Below, piece after piece: positions 1 through 13,341 of a stretch of 64,000 nt of DNA; within the stretch, counting starts at the first letter, position 1, and each line of letters starts with the position of its first letter. The position numbers were made by a program, and so were the translations under genes. Source of the DNA: Blasia pusilla (lineage: Eukaryota); assembly GCA_050084515.1 (NCBI GenBank), contig CM114271.1:8432001-8496000 (forward strand), given 5' to 3'. Under the pieces are notes generated by a model, which searched no databases, had not been told where the DNA came from, and was given only the letters and a program-made list of their open reading frames with translations.

Positions 1-549
1 TCCTCAGATTGGCCTGAAGACATCCTCAATGAATCTTTGCAGTTGAGACACGGTCGAAGACCAAACAGACTGCAAGTGCGAAGACAAAAGAGTCTTCGTC
101 TTCACAAAGTAAACCGGCTACGAAGAAGACAGCCGACATGTTTTGAGCAAGGAAGGTGATTTTGAAAGGCAACAAGGACCTGGATTTTGGTCGTAATCAT
201 CCAAAGTATTCCCATCATGAGATGGAGGAGCAGGTCCGCAACCAAGTCCATGAAGAGCGAACAAGTGGAGCCTTACCTAAAGAGTCCTCGACCAAGCAAG
301 AAGAACCAAGGGTGGAGACCTTGGTTGCTTCCCCTCTGGTGATGGAGGCATATGACTTGCAACCAGTTTGGCAAACATATCACCATTATAGCTACTCATG
401 GATAATCCCATTTATGGGAAGATTTTGCAACAGTGGAAAGTGGGACGCAAGAAGAAGATAGGAGGAAAGAAGCTCCCAATGGTGGATCTGTTCCGCGTAG
501 AGGTTGAAGACCTTAGAGCCTCAAAGGTGGGAAGTGGAAATTGAAGTGC
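1..549 (+). pseudogene. Athila-like Gypsy gag-end/protease fragment
   Basis: ORF 156..461 (ILKGNKDLDFGRNHPKY...SPLVMEAYDL) and the following VDLFRVEVEDL..EVEIE are homologous to ORF 36681..37700. Interrupted at 550 by an LTR. Confidence 0.8.
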
Positions 550-2317
550 TATAATGTACAACTCTAGGAAAGAGGTACTCTTTGTATTGCAAAGTACTAA
601 GTTCGTTCCCAAGAGACCACCGTTTCTGCATAAAGAGAGGTTTTATAAGAAATAACAAGATTAACTCCTTCTTCAATGATTTTACTGACTAACTACAATG
701 ACACTATCTTTACAAGTACAAAAGAATAATAGGATTTTCTTCCCTCTTAGAAAAGAGTCTTCTCAATTGCACACAAAGACTCTTTCGAATTTGCAATAAC
801 AAAGCTCCACGAAGACCTCAAAGAGACCTCAAGAATGGGGGCTCACTCTACTTAGGTTGATGGAGCCCTTATCCGTGGGGGGCCCATGGCCACGTCCATA
901 AGGCAGGCTTCGTCCCCATTGAGCGGGATCAAGCCTGCGCAGGATCTGTATGGCGGGCTCGCACAAGGCTTGCATGGTGGCCTGGAGGCGGGTTCAAGGC
1001 CCGCAAAAGATGGGTGCAAGGCCCGCCCGCAAGGAGTATGGCAGGCTTGAGGCCCGTAACGGACGTGCATGGCGGGCCGAGGGCAAGCTCCTCCTTGCAT
1101 GAGACGTGAGCGTAGGCTTGATCCCGCTCTGAATCTGTCATAGCAGGTTACTCACTGTTTAACTGCTTTCCTACGCTCTTCTTAATTATCTTATGGATTT
1201 CCAAAACTACGAGACTCAACTCTCATTCCTACTGCAGCCCAATAGGATCCACATTCAATTCCGCACATCAGAAAGCATGAGAAAAGACTCTTCTTGTGCA
1301 TCAAAGAGTGGAAAGAACTAGAAAGTATTACAAGCTTCAAAAAGTAAAAGACTCTTAAGCTTGGATCATCCCTTGACAACCTATTCACACAATCCTCACA
1401 AGTATTGGAAATTCCAGACTCCAGGGAATTATCCCTCTTCATCTGCTCAGTCACAAGTATTTGGAAGATTCAAGACACCAGGGAATGACCCCTTCTTCTA
1501 CTAATGTGCTCTTTAAATAGTCTTTACAATTTCTGAATGATCTTCCTATTCTAATCTAGAATTCTAATTGATAATCCTTACCTACCCTATTAATATTCCC
1601 AACCCTCCATCTTCCCTAGACGGTTGGTTGCTCTGGCGATTCATTTCAGCTCCCTTTAAACTGTTGCGCTGCTCCATTTTCGGCTTTCAAAACCGCCATG
1701 ATGGTTCATTCTTCACAGTTTTTGTAGTCCTTATCTTCACTATCCTATCTTCACGCCAAGACTCTTATCCTTTTGTCATCGCAAAGAGTCATCCTTTCTA
1801 CTTTCTTTCAATCCGCTGCCTTCAAAGCATTTCCTATCTTTCTATTCCTATCCTTCATACACCTTTCCGCGTCCTGAAGACTCTTTGACCTCTTCCGCTT
1901 CTTTGAGTTCTTAGTCCTTGCTCTTGAGTCTTCGCTCTTTATTCTTCATTCTTTGTACCCAGTCTTTGCACAAAGACTACCTTCATTCTTCTTTACAAAG
2001 AAGCTTTTTCCAGTCTTCGTTGATAGTCTTTTACACTGTTCTTACTGCAGTCTTTGGTGCGAAGCACCCGCGCTCCTCTTCTAACTTCTTTTCCTATCTT
2101 TTCCTAATTTTACACAATTCTCACTCTTCCAAGACAGTCCTTAATCTTCTAACATCTCCCTTCCTCTCATCAAATTTCTGTCAATCAAGGTTTTCACACA
2201 ATTTCAATAAAGTAAGACTCTTTGCTTCCGATATTGAGTCTTCAGTCCTTGCTCAAGGAAGACTTTTGTATAAAAAGTGATATTTCTGTCAAAATTTTAA
2301 AAAACGTGGGCACTACA
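550..2317 (-). repeat. 3' LTR (about 1.77 kb), a different subfamily from the 1.2-kb LTRs
   Basis: Sense start TGTAGTGCCCACG lies directly after the PPT. The far end, tataatgtaca on +, resembles the tgtaatgtaca terminus of the other LTRs. No second copy is in the window. Confidence 0.65.
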
Positions 2318-2339
2318 TACCCCCTCACTCAAATGTGAG

Positions 2340-4335
2340 CCGTCCTGGAAAACACTCTTCTCGGTTCTACTCTACTGCCGCCATGCTCCTAAGGACTCAT
2401 ATCATCTGGTAATTCTATAATTTCTACATCAAGGGGAGGTCGGCCATGAATGGTCGATGGTCGGTTGACAAGATTTGGCATGGTATTCTTCATCCTCTCC
2501 CTCCACCCTGCCACTACCTTTGAAGGACCTAATACTTTGTTATACACTCTTACCTCTGAAGGTACAAAAGGTGCTATGGGAAGTTCCTATAAACATGGTT
2601 CTGCCACCTCAGGTAATGCAGGAGTATGGTGCTCGAATTGCGTCTTCCAATGCTGGTTGACATACTCCAACTCCTCCATGATTTGGGATTCAAAATTCTG
2701 GATCTCCTTGTTGATTAGATCCTGGGCCTCTTCTGGTTCTTTGCGTACCTCTGCCCTAAGTTTTTTATCGGCCTCCAACACTGCTATCTTTGCTGCAACT
2801 TGGCTCCATTGAGATACCAAGTCATTGTTCGTCTCTTGCTGATCCATGATCACTTTCCCCTTCTTGATACTGTCCAACATTGCACTCTGCAGACTGGCTT
2901 GAAGAAGATCAATTCTCTCTTGTAGCTTCTCCGTGTGAAGCATCGATTGCTGTAATTGCGCAAAGAGCTGATCCGCTCCATGCTTTATGCCGGTTGCCAA
3001 GCTCTCCCACTGTCGGGCATTGCGTGATTCATACTGGGCTTCTACTAGTTCTGCTTCGGCCCAGCGAAGAGACTTCCTAAGCTCTTCAATTTCCTTCTCC
3101 TGCGCATGGTTTTATCTTTCCATGGACTCGTTGATCATCCTCTGCATCTGAGTAAGCGGCAGGTTCTTGAGGACTTCCATGTAATCCTGTACCAACGCAT
3201 GGTCGGGCAAGTTCCTGATCTTCTTTAACTCTTCAAGAACCGGCTCGGAGACTCCCAAGAATAAATTCAAATGCCTCAAGGTCGTGTGCACAGGCTGCAT
3301 AGCCAAACTATCCCCTGAACTTGAAGGAACTAATGCTGGTTCTACTGCGTCGGCCACGGGTGTTTCCACCGCCTCTACTTCTTCTTCTGCCGGCGCTTCA
3401 ATTTTGACCCTCTTGGGTCTTGTACTTCAAACAATTATAAGGGCGGCCGGGACGATGATACTTCCGTCGGCCTCTGTCTAGTTCTTGGCATACTTTAAGG
3501 TGTTGATGTTGGTGTTACTACTACTTCTTCCCTAGTACCCAAAGTAGATGCTTCGGTTGTCTTCGGCTTCCTAATTGGGATAGACGTGACCCACTCCAAA
3601 GACTCATCACGGGTAATCTCCTCAACATAAGTGTACAAGTGAATTAAGAAGGGAGAGAGATGCAACTTCTCTCCCAGTGTCAAAACTCCTATTAGATCGA
3701 TAAGAGGGCCCTGTACCAGCCCCAAAAAGTCTACTCCTGGCTCTTCAGGATGCCGATGCATATTCCAAAGACTGTAACATTGCTTCACAAGCTTATTACT
3801 CATATAATAGGTCCTACCAGGATTGAACAAGACTTGGTACAACTTACAAAATTGCGCAAATAGAGGAGGACTCAACATCTGCGGCTTGTAGCCGTTCCTG
3901 CCTAATTGCTCTGCTGTGACGCACCCAAGTTCTTTAAGCTCCTCTTGTCGAACGAGAGCGTCATAGTCTAGTTACTCTTTTGGGGCCGCTGGTAACTCAT
4001 ACGTGACCCTCCACAAGTCGGCGGACCAGTTGTTCAGTTGCGCCCGATATATGTATCTCTTGCCAAATTTGATCACGTTGGAGCTTGAACGTAGCGCCGC
4101 AAGTAACGCCACCAAACACTACAACCAATCGGCTCCAAAGAACTGCCACAAAAATCTCTCCTCCAAGGCTTTGCGCAGTTCACTTGAAATCCCTAACGTA
4201 GGGTATACCCCGCACTTCATGAGAGCCATGTCCTCCTTCCGATCCGAGTCTGTCTACTTTTTTCGGTTCTTGCGAGATCTCTACAAGGCCCTCTTTGGTC
4301 GACTCTTGACGGTTCCTGGTCCTCTTGCCATGTGA
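2340..4335 (-). pseudogene. Athila-like 3' extra ORF, degenerate
   Basis: Fragments 3495..3878 (LSPPLFAQFCK...HLSPFLIHLY), 3112..3369 and 2587..3000 (coiled-coil) are homologous to 32370..33617. Confidence 0.75.
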
Positions 4336-4589
4336 AATGAGAAAATGCGCGCCCCCAGTCCGGCTACTATTGCGCCTAATAACCACCAGTCTTACGTAAC
4401 GGCCTCTTGGCACTCTTTGCGATCTAGTGCAAAGAACCCAAGGACAAAGAGCAAGATGGAAAAGGCAAGGAATGTGAGGACAAAGAAGGAAAAGACCCGA
4501 GATGAAGACCATCATCCATTTTCTTTCTTGAGTCTTCGTGAGTCCTGGGGGTCTTTTCTTCTACATTCTTGAAGTCTTTAGCACAGGTC

Positions 4590-5296
4590 TTACACCTTTG
4601 TTCCTTACCCCCTCCCTCAGTCTTCGGTCGGGTGTATGATATCTTTGCACATGCATGCCATTCACTCTTGTTGGCAATGCTTCTCCTCTTAATGTTTCCA
4701 ATTGTAAAGAACCATTTTCAAAAATCTCTAGGACTCGATAAAGTCCCATCCAATTTAACTTTACCTTCCTTGGGAATTTCAGGCGACGATTGTCATAGAG
4801 CAACACCAAATCTTCTCCTTGTATTGATTGTGGTCTTAGGTTCTTGTCATAGCGCTTCCTTCTTTGGATCTAGACAGTCTTTGTATGGCCAAGAGCAAGA
4901 TGTCTTCCCTCCTCCACATCTACCAAGTCCTCGTTCCTCTTTTCAATAACAACCAACTCTTCGTCGTTTCTCTCCTCTTCCAGAATTGGTAGGTGGGCAC
5001 ATCCTATTTGATTTGACCAAAAAGGATGGTGTGAACCTGGTAGTGACTTTCTCCACTGTTTGGTAGGCCCAGAGTGCAACAGGAATCTTGGTATCCCAGT
5101 CACATGGATAAGTGACAGTTAGGCCGTTCAAAATCCTGCAAATTAGCCCATTGGACTTCTCTGTCAACCCATTGGCTTTGGGATTGTAAGGTGTAGTCTT
5201 CCTATGCTTGATCAAGAAGTGATCCGTCAATACTTCGACCAACTTGTTGAGGAAATGGGTCCCTTGGTCCCTTACCAGCTCTAGTGGACAACCTTG
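4590..5296 (-). pseudogene. Gypsy integrase C-terminal fragment
   Basis: GCPLELVRDQGTHFLN...KTTPYNPKANGLTEKSNG core, plus GPY-like module KLNWMGLYRVLEIFENGSLQL. Confidence 0.9.
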
Positions 5297-8200
5297 TGCA
5301 TGCTTGAGTGGCAGGTGAGATAGATCACCCAATTTTGGCATGCTTGTGGTGACCTCCAAGATGAATGACACTCTCAACTCTACTTGTGTTCGGGCAAAGG
5401 GAATTTTCATGAATGTTCAATTGCTGCACATGGCAAATTTTTAAGTGATGAAGAATTATAGAATGAAAAAGTTCACAATACATGGGTACTGCAACCCCTG
5501 GGAATCTAACGAGTTAAAATATGTTGCAACCAGTGTGAATCCGATGGGTTGCAGAACATAAATATTTGCAAGAACATATGCCGAGACAAATTTTTCTAAC
5601 CTACCAAACCCAACAAGTTGAGAAGTTATGCAACACGTTGAAATCTGATAGGTTGCAACACCATACTCCCACATACCTTTTATGCTCCCAACAACCTTTC
5701 GGATTCAGACAGGTTGCAAAAACTTTTGAGCAAATTTTTTCAACTTGTTGAAATCCGACAAGTTACAGATTGATGCAACATTTCGGATTTTGACTTGTTT
5801 CCAATCACAAATATTTGCAACATGTCGGATTCAAACGGGTTGCAGCATCACATTTTGACCAAAATTTTGGTTGCAGACTAATGCAACATGTTTGTAATGT
5901 ACAAGTGTTTCTAATTTACAGTCATTTGCATAGTTCGATCCCCAAGAGGATCATTGTTGGATGAAAAGAGAGGGTAAAGTGATTATTATGTTGTAAAAGT
6001 AGTGTGGTTGATTATGTAATTCAAATGTAGTATTCCAGTAACATCTTCTGATCTTTCTTAGTACCCATGTTTTCTTCTTCAATTCTCTCTAGTGGAATTT
6101 AAAGCACGCTCAGGCAAATTGTTCTCTCGACATCTAGGAACCTCACAGAGATCTCAACAATAAGGTTGGCTTCTCCTACTTTCGGAACTCAATCCGTCTT
6201 GGCAGGCTACTCTTTGTTAAACAGATTTCATACAACTCCATGTTGATTATTCCATTGATGAGAAAGGTTTGTCTGATTTCACTCTTCACGCTATAGACCC
6301 AAAAAGACTATCCAAACGTAAGCATCGCACATCAGAATGAATGAATGAGTGGTTTATTATTCCATCAAGAACGGGAAGACTTCAAAGTGTATACGAGCTC
6401 GAGAGGGTACTACTCTCTTGCTCGGACCATTCCTACAACATAAGGACTTCATGAGCGAATGATAATTGTAGCTTCTGTCCTATTTCTTAAATATTCTCGA
6501 GAGTAGGAGCGTTTCCAAGATCCGAAGCGTTCTTGATGAAGTTGGTGTCTCTTCAATATTTGTAACTACCTAGATCTATGGTGTGCGTTCCTTTTTCGAT
6601 GATCCCTAGGAATCCGGAGAATAAAATTGTCCTAACTGTCTATCTGATACAAAGGGTTGCGCTTCTTCCTAGGCTAACTGTTTTAACTATGTGCCGGTTC
6701 GAATCACAATCATACTGAGCTTCGTTGCGTTGAATTTCCCGAGGACGAAGCTCTTCACTCTTCATTCTCTTCGTGCTTCGCTCTTCGTGCTTCGTTTAAG
6801 AGCAAAGTACTTCGTGTACAAAGCTTCGCTAAGTTGTGTTAAGCTTCGCTAAGCTTTTGCTTCTCCTCTAAGGCAAATCCTTGGTCTTCCATCTCTCTGC
6901 CTTGTCTTAGGAGCTTCGTGATTCACTTGAATCTTACTCGTTCTTCTCCATAATCGTATATAATAATCAAAACCATAATGTAGAAGAGTCTTTGTTCAAT
7001 AAAAAGATAAATTTCTTCCGAAGTACAAAATTGTGGGTATCACAATGTCCGATTCTGTTGGGTTTGAAAAAACAAAATTTTGCAACCTTTCGGATTCATA
7101 CGTGTTGCAACATCATATTTTGACCAAAATTTTCTTGCAGCCTGTTGGAATCTGGTAGATTGCAAACTGATGCAACCTGTTGGATTCCGACGTGTTCCCA
7201 AACACAAACACTTTAAGCCTATCCAATTCATATGGGTTGCAACCCGACAGAATCCAACAGGTTACAAGTTGGAAAGTAGAAAATATTGTACCCACCTGCC
7301 ATATAAAGTTTCCTCATTTCCTCATACCAAAAATCCACCAACTCAACCAAGAACACACTTCTTTATATTTCCCCTCAATTGCATGCTTCCGCTTTCACAC
7401 TTGAAACTCTTCTTAGCACTCCATGGCTCTTTTCAACGTTTTAGTAGAGCAACGTGATCCGTTCTCTTATTCTCCTTGATGCAAGATTTCATGTAGCAAG
7501 TCATGGACTGGTACCAATAGAAAGCATCCAACCTCTCTCTTTCCGGTTGAACTTCATCTCTCTAGAAATACCTTCTTGATAGCAATCCATCCTGGTTGTA
7601 CATTATCCTCGCCATGAACACGTAAATTTCAAGGGTGGCCTTTTTTTTTTCCTTCATCACCTCATGTAGGAGTAACCAACACATCTTCAAGATGCCAGCA
7701 TCTTCTGCCTTTACCTCACAGACACATATGGTTTTGAGTCCCTTCTCCACATGGTCGTAAACGTGTGCACCCATGGTCAACCATCCATTCAAAACCCTGT
7801 AGCAAATATCAAAGCTAGCCCAACTTCCAAATAGATCTTCTCCTTCCCTCCTTCTATCAATCAATTGAGGCCACTAGATGGCCTTATAGTAGATATTTTG
7901 AAGACATAATCTCTAGATCCCTCGGCTCCTTGGCCCATGAAATAAATGGAAACTTGGAGTTTTCTTTGATCCTCGTGATGGCATCCATCTTTGCGGTCTT
8001 CCCATCAAGTATTTTTATTTGCCGCAACAAGTTCCCGAAGCATTCAGATTAGCTAGAAAGGCAAGATTCCCCCCGAGTTGTGTCTCTTCAACTATTTTGA
8101 TCTCCCCTTGGCTAGGTATTTCCAAGAGTTGATTGCAAATTTTTGATGCGGTCTTCAATTTGATCACTTCATAATTGATCCCAGAGAGTTTTCTATACCT

Positions 8201-10028
8201 CCTCTACTTTCTTGCCACATCCTCCTTGATGTGTCTCTGAATGGCACCTCTGACAAGATGAGTGTTAGACTCGACATGAACACATAGTCTCGAAGACTCG
8301 GACGTAAAAGTGGAGTCATGCACTATGAAAAAAATGTAAGCAAGACATGCTGCAACATAGAAAGGGCAAGCTTAACAATAAGGACATCGATGGCCACTCG
8401 ACAGTATAGTCGCATTGACCGCAAATGGGGTCTCTGCATTTTTTGGGGAAAATTTGGAGGCATTGATTTCCTCATTCCATTCTTGGAAAGGACAACCAAG
8501 AATTCCACACTCCAAGGCTCCAACGCATTTTCAGCAAGACACAATCCAAGAACCATCTAGGTTGGAAGCACTCATCCGAAAAAGTCTGCACCATCGATGA
8601 GGGTCAAATTTTCTATCCATACCCTTCAAGCATCTGCCATCTTTCTTCTGAGCAAGACCAACAAGTGGAGGCCACTTGAAAACACATTTTCCATCATAAG
8701 TGGCTAGCAACTCATCCACGAGAATGTGCTTGAATATTTTCAAGGTGAGAGACAAAAGCAGACTATTTCCTGAAACTCGCAACAAGAATATGTATGGGTC
8801 TCATTTGTTTCCAGTAGATCCCGTGAGGTCAACAACGTCCGAAATGTCTTCAACTTGAACCACTTTGTGATGAATTTTTTAGCTTAGAGTGGAAAATGGA
8901 TCGGCTGAAGCAGGGATGGCAAACGTGGAACTCAGAGCACTCATAGGTTGCAAACCATTGAGACCAGACAAAGTGGGCTTCAGAGGTAAGCCATAGATTT
9001 TGTATTTTCCATTGGAGTAAGGTAAGGGATTCCATACTTTGGAATCTCCAATCTCGGGCTATGTTGTTTCACCTATAACATCATTTGCTCCATCCACGTA
9101 CCCTGACATCTTTGGAAACAAAGATGGTTCCAATCTGGAGAAGAAAATAAAGTGATAAGAAATGTTCATCAACTAGTACATGAGCATCCCAGGTTGCGCC
9201 CAAATTATCTCCAATTGAGGAATGACCGCTAGATGATTGCCACATGTGAGTTTCACATAAGTTTGCTTCTGGATGTAAGAACAAAGATGATTCCACGAGA
9301 AATGACGGGAATGAGAATGAGAATAAGAATAAGAATATTGAATTTATAGTGAACAATGTATGAGTTTATTTTGAAAAAAATTGTGTGACAGGCAGTTGGT
9401 AGTTAGGTTGAACCATCTCCGGCTAAATGGACCAAGCATTCAAGAATATTCCTACAATAAATCCATGTGAATGCAACCCGTCGTAGTCTGATGAGTTGTT
9501 GTGGGGTTGCCTTTAAGAGTCGGCACGAAAGTGAGTTAGTGAGGAGATGCAATGCGTATAAGTCTGATGGGTTGCAAGGGATGAAGTTGGTCAACCCGTC
9601 AAATTCTCAGAGGTAGCATTTTGGCCAAGCATTGGTCTTCTCTTGGTTGGACCAAAGAGTGTAAGGCAACCCATCGCATTTAAACAAGTTGCTTTTAAGC
9701 ACATGTAAGGGCATTTGGGACAAAAGTAAGGAGAGGGGCGGGGTGGTATTTGTTCAACCCATCGGATTTCGACATATTGCAATTGGTCCGGAGAGGGGGG
9801 GGGGGGTAATCTATGGGACATACATGAGGAAAGAATGGGCATGGGGTCATTCAACCCCTAAAAATCCGACGGATTGCATTAACCTTGTGTAAAGGCCTTT
9901 GGCATAGAGATTCGTGAGGTAAGTGCAACCCGTCGGATTCCATCGGGTTACAATTAGACAAGAGTCGACTGTCTTTGGATTACACGTTTGGGCTCAGAGT
10001 TGGTGTTCGACCAACTGGTTGGATTCTC
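5297..10028 (-). mobile_element. Degenerate third copy of the MULE-type element (transposase half only)
   Basis: 7562..7864 (GSWASFDICYRVLNGWLTMGAHVYDH) and 8531..8785 match the transposase at 57535-59546. An exon-2 start (QLNIHENSLCPNTS) lies at about 5297-5423 with an AG acceptor. Decayed palindromes occur at 5490-5890, 7045-7270 and 9470-10020. Confidence 0.85.
5893..7044 (-). repeat. Solo LTR, Athila-like 1.2-kb family
   Basis: TGTAAT...GGTATCACA ends; homologous to 30857-32022. Flanks atgtt/atgtc (5-bp TSD, 1 mismatch). Confidence 0.92.
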
Positions 10029-10790
10029 TGTCATGCGCCTACTCTCCTTGAACGTTAATATTTGTTGTTGCGGAAGTATGCGTTGAGTAGGACACGCTCT
10101 CAACGCTGATTTGCATCCAAACACGCACTCACGTTAGTTGGGTTTGGATCAATCAGAGATTCTTACTTGCTGAGTTCTCGACTCGACCTCTCATCAAGCT
10201 CAAGCTTCCTAGTTTCACGGTTTACAACATAGGCAAGTCTTTGAAGACTTGGAACAGACTTTCTCGTCGGTTGAGGAGCCTCAAATGGCGTTTGAATGTG
10301 TGGCAGTTCCAACTGTCCAATGGACATCCAATGGGTTCTTAACCGCAAGTCACGAAAATGAATCGCAGGTTGGAATCCAAGTGTGGGTGACAAAGTCCAC
10401 TCCCTTGGATAAGGTTTGGGTTTTGAGTTCCAACGCCAAACTCCCGTTCCATCCCGTACCCTTGAGATGCCGTTTGGTGCTAAAAGTGGGGTTTGTGTTC
10501 CAAGACTCCTTGGAGAGACTCCCCATTACTAGTACTTATGGGGATCCCCGCCCTCCCCCTAACTTTAGGGAAGGACAGTCGGGCCCCTCAGATTGGCCCT
10601 CAACCCGATTGCTCTCACAATAATTTTTGGCCAATATCTCGCTCTATACTTATGCGTTTGCTAAGATATTTAATGCATTGGAAGCGTCTTAAGATAAAAT
10701 TTCCAATGCTTTCTTAATTGTTCCAAAAAAATCCTGGGACTTAATGTTATGGTCCAAAACATAGTCAAAATCCCCAAACGAAGGTCGATC
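10029..10790. other. Unassigned non-coding insert, possibly an LTR remnant
   Basis: Begins with TG where it cuts a palindrome unit. No recognisable coding content and no second copy. Confidence 0.3.
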
Positions 10791-10794
10791 ATCG

Positions 10795-11285
10795 TGTTAA
10801 ACTGCCTGTGATCGACGACCTAGATCCAGAATAGAATCCACCAAAAAATGGGAGGGGCGCTCTACTCTTGCATACGCCCTTTGCAAAACCTCATGTGGCA
10901 CCAAGTTGGTCCACTAGAGACATGGGGGATGTGCACGTGAACCTTCACTCGCCACATCCAAAAATACTATTGGGCCGATCCATGCGCGCACCTTATGTGC
11001 ACTCGTCATTCACACACGAACTCGAATCGCCCAAAACTAGCATATTCTCAAAATATATGCTAGAAAATGGGATTGATGCTCTTGAAAGTGTTGCAAGATT
11101 TGCATCATCTCCCAAAACAACTTGGACCGAGAGTCAACTAACCGGCTATCTCATCCAGCACTCGATTGGCCCTGACATGACCAACTTGCAATGATCAAAT
11201 CTATGGTCACTACCTGCTCCAAGTCCTGCACACCCAACAATGAAATATCCCTCGGTAGGGAACTCTGGTATCCCTAAATGGCGGA
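10795..11285 (-). pseudogene. Second fragment of the retrotransposon C5-cytosine methyltransferase domain (motifs IV-VIII)
   Basis: Near-duplicate of about 17600-18010. Minus translation gives DLIIASWSCQGQS, LFWEMMQIL, AYIL(E)NM (1-nt frameshift) and DVASEGSRAHPPCL*WTN. Confidence 0.8.
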
Positions 11286-11324
11286 TGTAGACACAAGTCA
11301 GAATCTAGAACTACCTACTCTCTA

Positions 11325-11465
11325 TACATCTAGGACACATCCATTGTCCATGAGGAACCCTAGTGAGAGGTGGCGTCAAACATGCCATATGCCATCCTCT
11401 CGAACATCCATCACACACTAGCATCATGGTTGCACCACGGGCAAAACCACTCAACATACATAGCA
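11325..11465 (-). pseudogene. PHD finger at the integrase C-terminus
   Basis: CMLSGF...MLVCDGCSRGWHMACLTPPLTRVPHGQWMCPRC: C4HC3 pattern with one Cys mutated. Confidence 0.88.
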
Positions 11466-13341
11466 AGCCCGCAGGAACTACTGTTTAGCTCAGATCAACT
11501 GTACCATCAATGTTAGGGAGGTGACATGGGGCATAGTTACGCACATGGTCCTTCCAAACCATACCATTGCCTCCCTCCAATAAGAGAACACTAGATGGCA
11601 AAACCTCACGCACTCTCAAGATAGTGCGTCCTACAGTCACATCCAACGTCGTGGATGCCGTCTGTTGCAAGTAGACATAGTCTCCTTGATGAAACCTCCA
11701 GATAGTTGGTCAATAACCACCTCCCCGAAAAGTCGCATACCTCAACATATCGTGATGTTGCGCAATCGCCAAGTTCTCAAACGCCATGGGCATCACTCTT
11801 TGAAACAACTTTTCCTTCTAAGAACATGCTCACATCCATACATCATGGTTATCAAGGTTCAACACCTCACCAACATCTTGACGGATGGCTGCAGGTAAAT
11901 CCGGCTCTCAACCATAAAGTAACAAGTACGGTAAGAAAGACGTTAAGGATGTCTGCCTGCTGAATCTGTATCCCATCACCAACCACGGAAATTGGAGGTC
12001 CCAATCTCTTAAGTGACCTATTTGCAAGCCATGCTTGCGAAACCGTCTCTTCACCGTCTACACAACCCTCTCCGGTAGTTTATTCGCCTCAGGATGATCT
12101 CGCAAAGTGGTGCGGTGGTCGATTAGCCCCTCATCACACAAGGCCTGAAACTCCTTGCAAAACTCTGTACCATGGTCTATCAACATCTCAACTCGTGCAT
12201 TGTAATGACTAAGCACTCAATCTAGGAAGACATACACTACTCCCTCACTTGCTTTGCCAAGCAATGCAACCAACTCTATCCACTTCGAGAAGTGTTCGAC
12301 CATCACCAACATATAATGACTATGGCGCTCCATCAAAGGTAAAGGTCCTGCAAAATCCAAACTCCATCTAGAACCTAAACCCATGATCGGAAGTGGATGC
12401 AACTGTAGAGTTGAAGCATTGAACGATGCCCCAAACCGATCACAAACCATCCACCTGGCAACGAACTGTTGAACGTTACTCTATATGCCTCGCCACCAAT
12501 ATTGTATCTAGAGCAAGATGTACACCTGCTTCACTCCAAAATTACTCAAGTCCTCGTGGGCATGACGTACCAAACGTGCTCTCTATGAAAAATGAGGCAC
12601 TACACGTGCTCTACCATCCTCCCAAACTCGCAATACATGTGCCCCCTCCCACCGGAACCATATGGCTCGCTGTAGGATCCAATCTTGCTCTCTGGCACCC
12701 ACTGTGCTCGTGACGCTGCGAGTACGTAGGTACTCCAAAACTATTCCATCATCGTGAACATCTTGACCATCTATTGTCTCCTCAGCGGCCTCTAGATCCA
12801 AGGATTCTCCATCAGACCTCGCCATCGGAGTCTCATAAATCTGACTCTCCATAGCCAACAAGCCCAAATAAGCTAACGCGTGCCATCCTGATACCCATTC
12901 CTCATCATTCTCACCATGCCAAGGAGCTCCAGTCGCATCTTGCCGACTCAAGCATGGATTACGGCTCAAACCATCTGCATCATGGTTAAGTATCCTAGAT
13001 CTATGCACCATCTGGAAATCATACTTGCAACAAAAAAGCCCACCTCGCAAGCTTCTCTGTAAGCTTGTCCGACTCCATCAACCACTTAAGTGGCTGATGA
13101 TCAGTAATAATGGTAAAGGGGTTGCCGAATAAATAACACCTAAAATATGCGATAGCCCACACTACAACCAAGCACTCACCCTCATACAAGCTATACTTCG
13201 CCTCTACAGTATTTTTTGAGCGACTAGCGTAAGCCACCATGAACTCTCTACCCTCATCATCATGCTAGGTGAGCACGACTCTAAGCCCCAATATGCTCCA
13301 ATCGGTATGCAACTGGAAAGGACGCCCCCTGATCGGTCTCT

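Larger units (their letters stand above)
550..5296 (-). mobile_element. 3' half of an Athila-like Gypsy element (integrase, extra ORF, PPT, 3' LTR)
   Basis: Minus-strand order is integrase (about 4590-5296), extra ORF (about 2340-4335), polypurine tract (2318-2330) and LTR (550-2317). This is the same layout as 30857-40836. Confidence 0.8.

Noticed and set aside
4943-5410. Single 155-aa protein
   Set aside because: A chimera of out-of-frame MULE exon-2 DNA and Gypsy integrase across a junction near 5296.
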